Below are positions 24,874 through 39,118 of a DNA stretch of 64,000 nucleotides, piece after piece. The DNA is from Yuukianura sp. NJ FZ-2021. Lineage: Eukaryota. The notes under the pieces were generated by a model that ran no database searches, had not been told where the DNA came from, and worked only from the letters and a program-made list of their open reading frames with translations. The stretch covers positions 12,338,001 to 12,402,000 of the forward strand of contig CM102286.1 of NCBI GenBank assembly GCA_046563655.1, in the 5' to 3' direction. Position 1 is the first letter of the stretch, and every line of letters begins with the position of its first letter. Made by a program: the position numbers and the translations under genes.

Positions 24874-27800
24874 GGTGTTGTTGGTGTTAGTGTAGTTTTA
24901 GGCAAGAATTGCTTACTTTTAGTGTTCAATTTTAGAAAAAGAGCTTGAATATGCCACGGCTCAGTAGCTACTGAAGACAAATCGGTAGGAACTATTAACC
25001 TATTATAGTCAAATCCAATTCCAAACATATTTAATATTTTAAGCGATCAAATTAATGACGCAGATCGCTGAATCTCCTGGAACGTAAATACTGCAGACAT
25101 GTTCAAACCACGAGAGGAGTTAATCGAAAAGAGACCCGAATTTTTTGAAAATTATAAAAAAAAAAAAATTTTTTTTATAGTTTCAAGGAGCATTGCAATA
25201 ATACCTCCGTCACCAAATGAAAAATTCAGGATACGGGATACGAAGGGGATTCAAATGACGTAAATCACTAAACGGCTGTTTTATGAAATCTGATTTTCGA
25301 AAACCACAAAATTCGACAATACGCTGCAAAACAAAAAACTTTTTACTCCTACATCCACCTTCTATCAAATGTTCAGTTTGAAGCCGATGCTGGAACTCCT
25401 GGATGCTGGATTGTCGCCTGGCTGTTGATTCCTTTTCACAAGTACTGCACGCGTTGTCTATTTAACTGACGAAGGAGTTATCCCGCAATTTCTCTTTAAA
25501 TTTCTTTTTTGTAAAACCGAAAACTTGTTTTCAAATTGAAAGCTTTTACGAAATGAATCTTGTATGTTTTCCACTCCATATCATAAGTATTATTTGAATG
25601 CAATTAATCATTGTCGAAGTTTGTAGTTTATCATCCTCTGCAGCTTTTCTATTTAATTTCGATAGAAGAAAAATTGCACTGTGAAATTATTATAAAAATA
25701 ATAAAAAATACTAATAATTAAATCTATTATGAAATTATATATTATATTAGAACTACAGGAAGAGATTTTAGAAATAATCTTGTTCAACGTGAGTATGTAA
25801 AGTCCTTTTCCGAATTTCAAAATTTCGCCTTATTGAGTGCGAATCATTTCCTTTTAAATTTTTAAAAAGGAATTCTAAAAAAGGAAAAAGCAAAACAAAC
25901 TTTTTTTTTCAAAATCTTTTAGTTTACACGTTTGCTGTACCGAAAATCATAGTTTTCGTTTTTCCTTGTGACTTAATAGTAACCAGTGGTCCTTGGAGGG
26001 ACGTGCCCCTTGACACGAATAATTAAGACAAGGGTTTATGGCTGTACACATGGCATCCCTTAGGCCCACATGGATCTCATTAGACAAAGTCCAACCTTCC
26101 AAGGGCACCCAAGAGTCACACATAACTTAAACTTAGTCCGAGTCCAGAAGCATCTTCCAGGTAATTTCTCAATTCAGCCCTTAACTAAATCTGTCAAATT
26201 ACGGGTAGCCATAGACCACAAATCACTCCACAAACGACCTCGGAGTCCTTAGGCCATAATTTAAACTTAACCTTCCAGCACATCCCTACACCAATTCATC
26301 ACTCCTCTGATTGGTCCGCTTACTATCGTTCTGCACAGAAGACGATCCCGAGTTTTGAAAAAACCGCCAAGGAAACTTCCTTTTGCTGCAGAAAGTTTGG
26401 CGGTTTTTTCTCAAAACTCGGGAACTACTTCTGTGCAGAACGAAAGATGTCCAGAACCTTCTGCAGCACTTGCGAACTATGTTGAACAACCGGAATTAAC
26501 TAGTTGCTGGTTCCTCACCAGAAGCATCAATAGTCTTGTTCACAGTTCCACAGTAAGAAGTGGACATGTGATTGTTCTGGATCAGTGGTTGTCAGTTGAG
26601 CAAATCATGTAAAAGGCACTACTTAATCACAATATAACATAGTTAATCAGTGGATTTAAGGAGTTAATTACTTTTGGTGTATAGTTAAGTAGGCACCACT
26701 TTTCTAGCCAGTAGCATTCAACTGTGATGACCCCTGACGATTCCTCTGGCCTTCCGTTTTTTTCAAGATTAAAACGGACAGGCTCGTCACTGTCAAAAAT
26801 AGGCAAGAGCAGACCAAAAGTCTGCCAGCATCCAGGCCAGATAGCGAAAATATCAAAAGTAGCTCATATCATATATTTTTTCAACTTTTTAAAGTTAAGT
26901 TAATGTTTTGAATTGAGGCGAAAATGAATGGAGGGTGAAGCTTTTTACAAGTTTAGCGTCGGTTCAAAACGCTGCAGCTCATTTCTACTAATTGCTATAA
27001 CATAACTTTTTTTTCGACTGCGACAAAAAGTTAAAAAAAATGTGCACGTACCCATTTTCATTGACTCCAGTGCTGCAGAAATGAAAAAATGAGTCAAATG
27101 ATTCGTTCAAGTTCGTCAGCGACACATGAAGCGAGGTAAGTTTCAAGTGTTTTTTTGTGGTGGCGGCAACTTTCAAGATGAAAAGACGTCAAAATGTTGA
27201 AGCGATTTGGAAACAGATTCGCTTCGCTTCAAAAAACTCGATCCGTGACGGAGAAGGTCATCAGAGCTCGGCAAAGGAAAATTCGACTGAAGTTTTTGAG
27301 CGAAAACAAAAATGTTGTGAAATTGGTGGAGAAATTCAAACTTTCTCTTAAAATCACTTTCACTTTTCAAGTTTACTTGAAACTTTTTTGATCAGGTTGA
27401 ATTGAATTGCAACACGTTAACAAGTTGGGCGTTGGCGGGCGTCTGGTTTGGCGAAGTGTAAGACATGCAGTCTGGCTGGATGAAGTTATAATCGAAGCGT
27501 GCCTAACATTTGAGTTGATTGTTGTTCGTTGTGTCTTCATTTGACTGTGACTGTTCTGGATGAAGATGAAGATGATGAGGAGATGAAGATGCTGAGGCTG
27601 TGTTGATCTGAGTCGGAAGATGACGATATTGGATTGGTTGGTGGGCTCAGTTGGCCTTATGCATTTGGGAATCAATGGCGCATGGAGAGATGAGGTTTGG
27701 TTCCTTGGAGATCTCCGCCTCCTTGGTCCAGCCCAAGGAGGCTCCCAGCGACTCCTTCATCCATCCAATCCGCCTTCAGCCCAAAGGAATTCGGATCTTC

Positions 27801-30800
27801 TTCAACAAATCTCTACCCAACCGAACTACTACTAGAATAGCAACGGAAGTGAGGCAGGGAAAACAACATTTCACGTACAACTAATTCAACATCAATTCCC
27901 ACACAATCACTACAAAATCATCTCGCTTCAGCTCATTCAAAACGTCAATAATTTTGGCAAAAGGATCTTGCTAACGACACAAATTGTTCCAAAATCCCAT
28001 TCCCAACTGAAGAGGCACGAAATCCCTCAAAATAGAAGTATCATGATGTGCATTAAGCGCAATTAATTGCTTACTTCTTTTTATAAATATTTTTTAGAAC
28101 AATTTGTAGAAAAAGTTACCAAAAGCACGTCATTTGCTTCCAACGAAAATTTGGGTTAGCGATGAACGCTTATTTTATTTTACCGAAGAATTGTTTCAAT
28201 TTTTTTTCAACTATTTTTGGCTAAAATTATTTACGTTGTAAAGTCAATTTAACACAATGGTATTTGAATGTGAACGTTATAAAAAAAGTTTCAGTAGTAG
28301 AGATCTGTTCTTCTAATGCTTCTTTAGAAACATCTTCTAAGCTTTAAAAAATATTTTAAAAAAAACAGCAAACTTCGGTTAAAAGATACTGTAATTCCAT
28401 GGATGTTATTTTTAGTTGACGGTTTTTGTTTTTGTGTTTTTTTCTCCAATTTTTTCTTCAAAGTTTGACCAAAAGAATAGAAGCTCTGGAATTCGAAACT
28501 TGCGAATAATGACAAAATGAACAGTGTTTCTGTGAAGTTTTAAAAATTTTCAAATCTTTTTGTCTCGGTTTGGTAAAAATTTTGTGGTTTGCACGTACAG
28601 TGTAGTGGAAGTTGATTTAGTGAAGTGTTCTGGGAAGAAAGTCCCGGGATTTAATGAAGCTTAGGTTAGTTAAGGAACTCCGGCAGCCTAAGACATAAAG
28701 TCATTTGATACTCTCCATTTCATACACGGTCTAGCACAACAGTTTCTTCAAACCAACCACACCCAAAACAACCGCAACCGAAAACAGAGGGTTTCAGCCT
28801 ATTCCAGCTTAAAATGTCCATATCCAACAACACCAAGATCTTAACTTAAAAAAAAAACTTTTGCAGCTCCAGTTTCTTTTATCGCTTTTTCTTAGATTTC
28901 ACAAATTGTGCTCAACCAGCTAAAACCGCTCATTTTACATTCCGTAAATTATGCCATCACATACAGCGGACAGTTTTTTAAATTGAAAAAAACTCAAATT
29001 ATTTTTCTTTTTCAAAATTTTTATGAAATTGTATCAGGTTTTCCTGTTTTGCCTAAATTGTAAAGTTGCTCACAATCGGTAAAATTTTTGTTGCACTGCT
29101 GCAAAGCTTTGAGCAATTTAATTTCACTTCAACATTAAAACTGAATTTAATTTGAAAATCATAAAAATTTTTGAAGCAGGGATTCTTTCCATCAAAATAA
29201 CTTTTCCTCTGTATTAAGCTTTTCAAAAAAAGTAGTAGTTTTTTCTACGGGCGTCTAGACTATACAACAAACCTAATAAGAAGTGGCGCTTGAACAAGAA
29301 CCTAAAAACTTTTTTTCCTCTGTTCTTTTCATTGCTTCATCTGAAGATCGTTTCCTTGAAGGTTATGGATCTTCCTGGACTGGAAAAGTTGACATATGCA
29401 AGACATTACGACCAGCGATAAACCAAAATTAAGGACCCATAACTCCCTAAAACTTTCCCATCTTTTACTTATATGATGAAACTGCATAAGCATAGGATAA
29501 GTACATCTACATGTATAACTTCAAAGTTAACTTAATTTGGGATGCTGGGAATCTTGAGAGGGAAGCCGCCGTTGGGGAAATGACGTAAAAGATGACGCAA
29601 TTCCCACCGAGATAAAAATCCGACATTTATGCAACAACGCTCAAAAACATTACTGAAAAACAAGTATTAGACAAGCCTATAGTTAAAGTTAAAAATAAAA
29701 ACTTACATAACGTAAAGCTCTATTTTCAGAATTTTGTTTTCCAAAATTTACTTTAAAGTACCAACTTTAGTCAAAAACTTTTTAATTTGTAGTTGTATTG
29801 TACACTTTTTGTTGGATTTTGCCGGTATTCTAAGGATTTTTTTTATTTGCATGAATTTTTGCTTCCATGTTGTATGCTAAATTCTCCAATTTTTAGTAAG
29901 GGCCTTGCGTAACACCAGTGTGACATTAAAATTTATTCGTTTTTGGCTTACGTCAACTCAAGTGTGTCGAATGGAAATGATGCAGTGGAGGTATTGTTCA
30001 AATATTTATGAGAGAATTTTCTAAATTAGCGTTAAAGACCAAGAAGCAGTTTGAGAAAGCCGAAAAAGCAGAACCTGAAGAAGATTTATTGGAAGTAAAA
30101 GTTGGATAGAAGGGGAGGCAAGGACAAGAGGGCTTGTTGCATTTAATTCTAAGAATAAGTTATTAGCTTCTAGGCAGCCAACAGAAAATTAAGTTCTTTG
30201 AAGTCTGGAATTGTCGCCGAAAGACTTACAGAAGGAGAAAAAAGTTGTAGGAAGTAGAATGTGATTAAAATCAAAATGGGAATGTCGCTCTACATCAAAA
30301 ACTTTTCTGGAAAAAGATGTCCTAGAAACTCTTAAACTTGAAAGCGGAAACTGAACAAAACGCTTTTAAACTTTTTTTATTCTAAGTTCATTCATATTCC
30401 AACTCGGTTTTTATGCTGTTTAAAAAACTTCGATCCAAAATTAGCTTTTTGAAACGTCCTCAATGTACTTTTCTATTAAGACGCTTGTCATTTTTTCGCT
30501 TCAACTCTAAAACTAAAAAAAGTAAGTTAAAAAAAAAAGGTTTTTTTTCAAAAGTAGATCACAAAAAAGCGGTAAATTTAAATAGGTTTGTTCTAGTGTT
30601 TGGTTTGGCAAAGACGTTCAAACTCACATAGTAAAAAATGACATCAAAATTAATGTGAAACTTGACCCAATAAGTCTCAGTAGACAAAATTTTTAGAACA
30701 ATTTTAATTAAAAAATGTAATTAGAACATACACTCTGCCTCAACACCATCGCCGACGCAAAACTTTTCAATGTCGGTGCGGCTTTGCATTTACGCCTAAC

Positions 30801-31852
30801 CTAACCTAATAAAAGTTAGTTCTTGATTCTCATAGTTCTGTTTATATAAAAATTCATGTTTGGAACGCCTGTTTTAAGCGTTTGGACAAGCATATTTTTA
30901 AAATTCTTTGAAATTACTTGAGAACCAACACCCACTTCACCATAAGTCTGGTTTAGCGTGACCTTAAACTTGACCTGCCACGCTGAATTTGGATTGTACA
31001 AGGTACACCGTACCCTGCGTGACCCCACTGAAAATTGACACTTTCCTTTAGTCCCAACCCACAAAGTTATGCTATTCCCTTTCAGTTTCTTGTGAAGAAG
31101 GGGGCGGTTAAGGGCTCTTGTTCCTGAAAGGGCCCCGCCATGCCCTTCCTCAAGGGGTCCCCTTATGACAAATCTCAAATCCATATGTTTTGGTTCGGTT
31201 ACTCATTATAAAAGGCATATTTCTTAGGACTCACTTCCAGAAACATGTCAAACTATCCGATGAACTTAAGCCTTAAACAAAATTTCAACTTTACTTTCAG
31301 ATCCTAAGGGCCTCACATTTCATCAAAAACGAAAACTAACCTTTACCAAATTCTCCGCCCACAAAAACCGAAACTGGAAAAATAGCGGAACGGAATTGAA
31401 TTTTTGAAGGCATAAAATTTACGACATCGCTGGAAAGTAAATAAAAACAAAACGAAATTTTGAAAACACTACCCAAAGAAATACCGCAAAATCTTTTTTT
31501 TTAATATACAAAATTGAATTTTAAGAAATACAGTTTCGTAACATTAGCCTTTTCCGAGTTTAAAAAAATCCGCTCTGGACATGGCCGCATGCCAAAATTC
31601 GGACTGGACTGAAGTTGCAAATTGGCAAGAGGAAAACCAAAGAAGCCAGAAAAAATTGTAAGCTCTGCTTTGCTTTGAGAGAAATCCAATTAGTGATTCT
31701 GGAGTGTTAATTAACGCAAAAGTGGAGAGTTAAGTCTTAGAATGTCAATTCTGGAAAAGTTTAGACGTTAGAACTTGGTTGACAAAACCGCAAGCAATTG
31801 CAACTGTGCTGACGCATCTTCCATTAAATTTCAAAATCCAGTTCAGTTCAAA

Positions 31853-33878
31853 ATGCCTACGAAGGAAGAGTCGGATCCTGAGTACTGCCAATTGCTCAAA
31901 GAAGTTGAAAGTTTGAAAGAAAAATTGGTCCAGGCACAACTGGACGCTCGAGATGCAGAATTGAGTAGCATTGTGGGTGACTTAGCGGAAGCACCGAAAT
32001 TGAAATTAATTGGAAAACGAGTCCTTAAAGCTCACATTCAAAAAGTAAATGGAGTCGACTTTGCTGGAGCTTCACGGTAACGATATCCTACCCTTACTGA
32101 ATAATTTTTGTTGTTGTTTGTTCCAATAGCGTTTTCCCATACTGTCGAAAAACAAATCACAACAAGGAACCTTATGTTTATGTCTAATTTTTTTTGTACA
32201 AAACGCCTTGTGAATAGCGCAATAAGAACTACCTACATTGAAATTTTTGTTTCTGTCAAAAACGCTTAAAACTTTTTACGGAAATTGTTTGCTCCGACAT
32301 TTTTCTTTAGTCGATTTTGAGCCTATGTCAACCTTACAAAAACTACTGTTTTGCTTCCGAGTTTTGCAAATTTTGAGCGTTTGTTATGGGTGTGGCAGCC
32401 AAAGGTAGACACCTTAAATTCGTTGTTAGGGGTGATCGACGAAAAAATGGTAAATAATGGGGGGAGAATTTAGCCAAATTCAAAAATTGTCAAAAGTCAA
32501 AACAATTTTGCACCGAAGCGCAAAAATTTGTTGCGCTTCGGTCCAGGTTTTCTCCCATAGTTACGAAAATAAATAAGATATTTATAATTGAGGTGTCTAC
32601 TTTTGGCTGCCACACCCGTAGGTTACTCGTTTCTGGTGCACTGGATGGAAAATTGATAGTTTGGGATACTGGGACTGGAAATAAGATCCAAATTATTTCG
32701 CTACGCTCTAGTTGGGTTATGGCCGTGGCCTTTGCACACAGCGGACGCTTCATCGGTAAATGTCGTATTTTTTTTAAAAATCTAAAGAATTTTTTGAAAA
32801 CCAACGTTAATGTTAACCAAAGCCAATAATTACAGCAAGCGGTGGAATGGACAACTGTGCCACAGTCCATGACATCAAAAACAAAAATGAACGGGGAGAA
32901 GCCAAAATTGTAAAATAAAAAAAAGACACTTAACATTGCGACTAAAATTCCAATAACCAAAAATCTCTAAATACCGTAAATGTTCAGGTTCGAGAACTCG
33001 GTCCTTATGATGGCTTTCTCTCAAGCTGCAAATTTCTCAACGACACAGAACTTGTCACTGGAAGTGGAGATATGAAACTGTAATGAAAAAAAATTATAAA
33101 AAATAAATAATGTAACAATTAAAAAAAAATTATGAAGATAATAATGTAACTCTAAAAAAAATTTGGCGCTGGTGATATTTCCAGTACAAGATGGGATCTA
33201 ACATCGGGAAAACGAACTTCGGAACTCCTAGGTCACTCTGGTGATGTAATGAGCATGAGCCTACACCCAGCCGATGTCAACATCATTGTCACTGGTTCAG
33301 TGGACCAAAGTGCCAAGCTGTGGGACCTAAGAACGAAAACTTGTCAACAAACATTCTTTGGGCATGCAGCGGATGTCAATTCTGTGCATGTAATTGCTCA
33401 TTTTTTACTTATAATTTACCAATTTTTTTCAAATTCTTCCACAACATTTGAAAATTCGCTCCGTATTTTCAGTTCCATCCAAGTGGATACGCTTTTGCAA
33501 CAGCATCGGAGGATTTCACTGCTCGCCTCTTCGATATCAGATCGGATCAACAAGTGAGCCAATATGAAGCCAACGATATCGGCTTCACATCCACAGTTCT
33601 AAGCAAGTCTGGAAGATACTTGCTTGCTGGAGGTCACGACGGAGCAATCCACTCGTGGGATGCGTTGACTTCTGCCTACCTCGGTATGTAAATACTGTTA
33701 AGCTACATTACAACCTAAAATATATAATTGAATGAATATATAATTAAAATAATAATCATGTAAAATTTTAGGTGCGTTAATTGGACATGAGGACAGAGTC
33801 ACTTCGCTTTCTCTCAGCGAAACTGGAATTACGCTTGCGTCGGCTTCTTGGGATCAAAACATCAGGCTTTGGCTATAA
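31853..33878 (+). CDS. Gbeta76C: Heterotrimeric G-protein beta subunit, visual/Gbeta76C (Gbeta-e)-like WD40 protein
   Basis: [103 protein letters not shown]. The LDGKL, GGMDN, GFLSSC, GSGDM, GSVD and RLWL signatures resemble the arthropod eye G-beta rather than G-beta1 or G-beta5. Confidence 0.82.
32387..32618. mobile_element. Tc1/mariner-type MITE (232 bp, 28-bp TIRs, TA TSD) in G-beta intron 1
   Basis: TA|TGGGTGTGGCAGCCAAAGGTAGACACCT ... AGGTGTCTACTTTTGGCTGCCACACCCG|TA; the TIRs match at 26 of 28 positions. Confidence 0.85.
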
Positions 33879-34088
33879 AAATAATCGTTTCAGATATGTA
33901 CGAAATAATTTGGGGATAGTTCAAAAGTTGGAAAGAAAAGGAAGCTGTGGAGGAATCAAAATTAAAAAATATCATACTCGTTTACTTCCCACTAAAATTT
34001 TGAACGAATGTCAAGGAGTACAAAATTGACTAAAAGAGTTTGGGGACTGGGAACGTGTCATGTAAAATTATAACCGAGAATTTTGATT

Positions 34089-37000
34089 TTAAGAATTTTG
34101 AATTTCATTTTGATTTTGTGAGTTGGATTGTTCTTGCTCATACTGTTGCCAAACCCTTTCGAACATTGGTCGACATCGAACTTTCCCTTTGAGCCTGAAC
34201 AAAAATCAAGAACAAAAAATTGAAAAACATGTAGTGCGTAAAGTTAGAAATGATGAATATTTTAAGTTAGTGAACTCACCTGGCACAGAGTAGAAATACT
34301 CCAGACAACTTCCTGTGGAGGGAATAAATTTCTTCAGGCGGAGGACAAAGTCGTTCCTTGACCATGATTGGCACCAATTCCTGGAGCCTTTGTGTGATCT
34401 TCTGTGTTCCAAAATTGTACGTCGAGTTTGCGTTGAGTCGAAACGGTTCTCCCAGAATCATGACCGATTCAAGGTGAGCGTTCTCCATGGCCTAAACATT
34501 AAGCACAGTAAATTGATCATTTCACTCATACAAATTTTTAATTAACTTCGAAAAAAAACTTCCAGATAAAGTGTACCTTCGATTCGTAGCCAGTGAGGAA
34601 TCCAATTTCACGAGATACTTCCAGTATCAACTGAGTGTCCTGCGTTGCAGCGCCCTTGAGGATTCTCAAGTATCTGTCCGCAAATACTTTGCTATATTCT
34701 CGAGAGGCACCAAAATCCAGCAAACCGATCTACAAAGAAAAATTTAGTATTCAGTATTACGAACTTCAAAAATTGAAATTCGTAACTCACCTGTCGTGTT
34801 TCCTCATTGTATAGGAAATTTGACCAGTTTGGATCTGTCTGCATGAATCGAAATTCAAAAAGCTCTCGGAAAAATAAGTCCAGCATTAAAAAGCAAATTC
34901 GGTCTCTCGTATCTTGGTCCAACTTTTCACATTTATCAGCAGGAATTCCTTCAATTAATTCAGTTGTGTAAACTAATTTAGTAGTGAACTCATCTGAAAA
35001 GCAGAGTAGTAAAGTAATTACCGATTTTCATAATTTGAAAATATTTTTCCACTAACGAACCTATAACTTCTGGTACGTAGTAGTCGGGGTAAGGCTCCAG
35101 CAGTATTTTGAAACGTTTAGCACACTCCATTTCTCTGATGTAGTCAACTTCCCACCGTAGTTCTCGTTTAGCAACTTTAATAATATTGTCGGCAAAAATA
35201 CCTAGAGAGAAAATATTGGGAATAAAATCTATTTACTAATGAGAAGTTACAGTTTATTGTAATTCCGGAATTAATTTGTTACTTATTGATTTTCTCACTC
35301 TCAAATTTTGAAAACTTCAAGTGAAATATTGAAATACAACTTCTCTATGTATTTTATAACTTCCCCAGTTAGTATGACCCACTAAAACTTTTCCAAAATA
35401 TTACTCCTTGAAAACACCTACTACATAGTTTCTAACTTTCTAGCGTATTAGTACTTTTGTAGAGAGTGATCGTTACGCTAAAAAGTTATTTCGATTCAAT
35501 GGCACTTAGGCGTAGCCCCACCAAGCATGTGTAGCATGCTAGTAATTCTACTAAACAAAATGCAAAGCTACTTGGAACGAATTCAACCTAAAGTAGTATA
35601 GCTCACCATCAGGTAATATGTTCCACACGTTGAGGACACCCATTAGGTTATCGATGTCGCTTTCGATTCCTTTAGCAACCCCTGGGTACTGTACTTTTAT
35701 TGCTACTGGTCTGCCATCTAACAATTTCCCTAAATGGACTTGTCCAATTGAGGCTGCAGCGAAAGGCTTCATTTCAAATTCCAAAAGTTTCGCTTTCCAG
35801 TCATGTCCCAGCTCATCCGCCATCATACGCTGCAAACCAAACCAATTTCAACGTAAGGTTCAACTTTTCGCACTATAAGTCACAGTAAAAGAATTTTAGC
35901 AAAATCAAATACCTCCATTTGCCAACCAGGCATGAAGTCCGCTGCGTGTCTAACTCGTTCGAATATCTGCTGGAGCTTTGGATTTATCATTGAGTCATCT
36001 TGAATACTTAACATTTGTCCCAACTTTAATGCAGCTCCTAAAAGTAAATTAGCAAAATATCAAATATTTTGACAACGTTTCAATAAATATGTCGTTCGTT
36101 TTGCTTATAGGTACCCTCGAACCTCTAACCCTGCACAATGTGTCGACGATTCGTTCGGCGTTAGCATCGCTCAGAAATGGATTCAGAGCAGAATCAGAAT
36201 CCGTAAGACCAAGTGATCGCTTTGTTACTTCTGTCAATGCTCCAATTCCCAAACCAGCCGCTAGCCCACCGTATGAAACAAGCCGACTGATTCGCGACGC
36301 TGGAACCTTCCGTTCTTTCGACGTTGTCCCGAGCCTCTAAACAAAAAAAAAATTCCGATTGGTTGCAATCTTGCAATGCTAAAGACATTCAGTTACTCCG
36401 CAAAATCTAGTTCTACGATTTTACCGTGCACTAGCTTACAGATTCTGGTTTGCCCTTCGACAGAGGTTTCACATTTTGTCGTAGTCGTTCTCGGTCGTAG
36501 TCGAGTTGGTGCGGTAGGGAATTCATTACGTTCTTTACTTCGGTCATTTTCCGGGTTCCAGACGCATCATCCTTGAATTCTTGTCCTTCTAAACTTTGTT
36601 CCTTTATAAATTGTATCACTGGAGAGTTCAACAAGGTTTCGTTTTGAAATTCCTGGGAGGATGGTTCCAATTTAGACAAATGGTCCTGCTGCGAATTCGG
36701 GTGGCAAATACGATCATCGGTGACGGAATCTCCGTATTCCGGTTGTCCATTTTCTTTTTCTTGTAATAATTCGACTCCTAATGATTGGATGTAGATCCCT
36801 TCAAGGTCTTCCTCTCTAATAAGCATGATTTCTTCTTCCGGCAACTTGCCTTCGCTAGGCAACATTTTCGATTCTTGAATGAATTTGGGTAAAATGGCGT
36901 GTTGACAGTAAGCTTGGATACCCAGTGGAACCATTGACGCCCGTTCCAGTGTATTTTTTGGATCCCGAAGCCATCCTTGCTGTGAAATAAAAGTTTAAAA

Positions 37001-37307
37001 TGACAAGAGTAATCAAAAGAAACAAGTTCCTAACCAAGAACGAAAAAGAAGTGTGACTGTAAAGTGAGTAACCCCTTTATCATTTAGTTCACTTCCGTTC
37101 TTGCATTCGCAAGTAGTATTTGAAATAAAAACTTGCGAGACTTACATTATTCACAAATTGGGTCAATTGTTGTGAAGTGACGTTGATACTTGAATTGTGT
37201 AATTTCGTCTCAAGTGCAGCCTTTTCAGCAACTGCCTGTGCGGTTAAAACCTTTTGCAATCCACTGAACACCAGTTTTATATCAGTAAAGAAGCTGTGTT
37301 TCGACAT
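34089..37307 (-). CDS. COQ8: Atypical kinase COQ8 (ADCK3/4, UbiB/ABC1 family), multi-exon
   Basis: [103 protein letters not shown] at 37307, TAA at 34089-34091. Confidence 0.93.
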
Positions 37308-38583
37308 TTTACAAATTAACAATTGCGGTTAACTAATCAATTTAAGTGAACAACCAAAAATCATAGCGAATTTAAAAAAATTAAATGCAGGCTGACTAAA
37401 CCTGAGATATCACCTGATTTCCTAGGGGAAAAATTTTTTGCCGGGTTTCCCGCGCAGATACCAAGGGCTGGGCAGCGTTATTTCACACGCTTTTGCTTAT
37501 TTGCTTCCAGCTTAAGAACTACATTTCTCAGAAATCTTTCACCAGTTAACTAACCGTGACAAGTCTTGCTGTATTTATTTTGTAAATTCCTAATCCCAAT
37601 AAAAATTAACTTGCAAAGTTGATGTGAATTAAATAGTTTTAGGTTAGCTAATTAAAATTTGACACTTCTGCTTAGCTAGCTTTGACTGTGTGAGTGTGTT
37701 TTAGAGCAGTCTGGAAAACAAATTTTCGCGGGGTTTAAATACTCTTCATTCCAAAAATCCAAGAAGCCGGGAATAAATGTTACTTCACTTTTGGAAATGA
37801 ATTAATTCTATTTTGTGGTTAATTAGCGGTTTAGTTACTAAGATTATAGTCAGTTAAAATTAGTGTCAGTTGCAATTGTACACTGCGTGCCATGCCAGAA
37901 TCGATAGGGTTACGAATCCCTCTTAATTTTAGTTAGCATAAGCCATAAAGCAGCTTGTACAAGTGCAAAAATTCCCAAAATATTGGACGCGGTAACATTT
38001 GATTTAAGAAACTCATCGCTAACTCACACCTGTGCATTGCTTGGATCGCCGAGCCAAGCGATCCGAGCCAACAGAAACTGCAGCGATCCACGATCCGATC
38101 CGAGCCAGCAAATTGTTGTCGCGATCCGAACCGAGCCGAGCCAGAAAGTAAAGTCAGCGATCCGCGATCCGATCCGAGCCAGAAAATTTTTGTCGCGATC
38201 CGAACCGAGCCGAGCCAAAGAGGAAAGTCAACGATCCACGATCCGAACCGAGCCAGCAAAAGTTGTTAGCGAGCCGAACCGAGCCGAACCAGCCAAAAAA
38301 CAGCTGCTTGGATCGCTGGCTCGCTAAAATCCGCTGTTGGTTCGGCGATCCAATGGACAAAAAGCATGAGGGGAGACCAATTGCTTTAAAATCAAGTTTA
38401 CAACCAATAAAATAAAACAAAATAACAGAAGTCGTGATTGTATATTAAAATAGGCAATTAATTATATCTAGAAATATTTATTACTAATAATGTAAACTAC
38501 TAATTATAATAAATATACAAAAATTAGGCTAATAGTCCATTGCTTGCATTACACGTATCTAATGTAAACTGGTATACTAATCC

Positions 38584-39024
38584 CAGTGTTGATGGACGCT
38601 TAAACATCCAGTGGCTTAATTGTCACTTCCACTGGATACCCACTGGAAGAAATTCACGCGAAATGGATGAAACTTTTAATGGATGGAAGAAATGAAGAAT
38701 TTAATGCAAAATTCAAAAAAAATTCCAATTACAAAATAATATCACAGACGTTTCTTTCGGCGTTAAAATTAATTATTTAATTAAAACTGATAGAAAAAAG
38801 ATATTTCCTTCGTTTTTATACGGTATTTTGAATTGTTTAAGCTTTTCATATTTTGAATTATTTATGCTTTTCGTATTTTGAATTTTTTAAGCTTTTCGTA
38901 TTTAACTAATTTAAACCCCGCGGCTGAAGTTCTGCCCCACTGGGTTCATATATTTCGTCCATTTCTTCCACTGTATATCCAGCCATGGACGAAATATCGA
39001 AAAAGTGGATATCCAGCAACACTG
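38584..39024. mobile_element. Degenerate hAT-like MITE nested in the larger element
   Basis: CAGTGTTGATGGA ... TCCAGCAACACTG TIRs (12/13). Flanks actaatcc and aataattc match 6/8, consistent with a decayed 8-bp TSD. ATCCA/TGGAT motifs are repeated subterminally. Confidence 0.65.
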
Positions 39025-39118
39025 AATAATTCATCGAATTTCTAATTATATGCGATATACTAGTTTGATCAAAGACGTCTTATTATCAACGTACATAATT
39101 AACAATGCAATCGTGATA

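Noticed and set aside
27060..27890. Plus-strand GAG|GTAAGT donor near 27135 and low-complexity gatgaa ORFs upstream of Poxm
   Set aside because: No coherent ORF or acceptor partner. It could be an antisense lncRNA or Poxm promoter/UTR, but the sequence alone does not support a call.
31670..31730. Possible photoreceptor RCSI/P3 motif upstream of the visual G-beta
   Set aside because: Only TAAT half-sites and GTTAATTAAC are present, with no TAAT-N3-ATTA match; expected by chance in AT-rich DNA.
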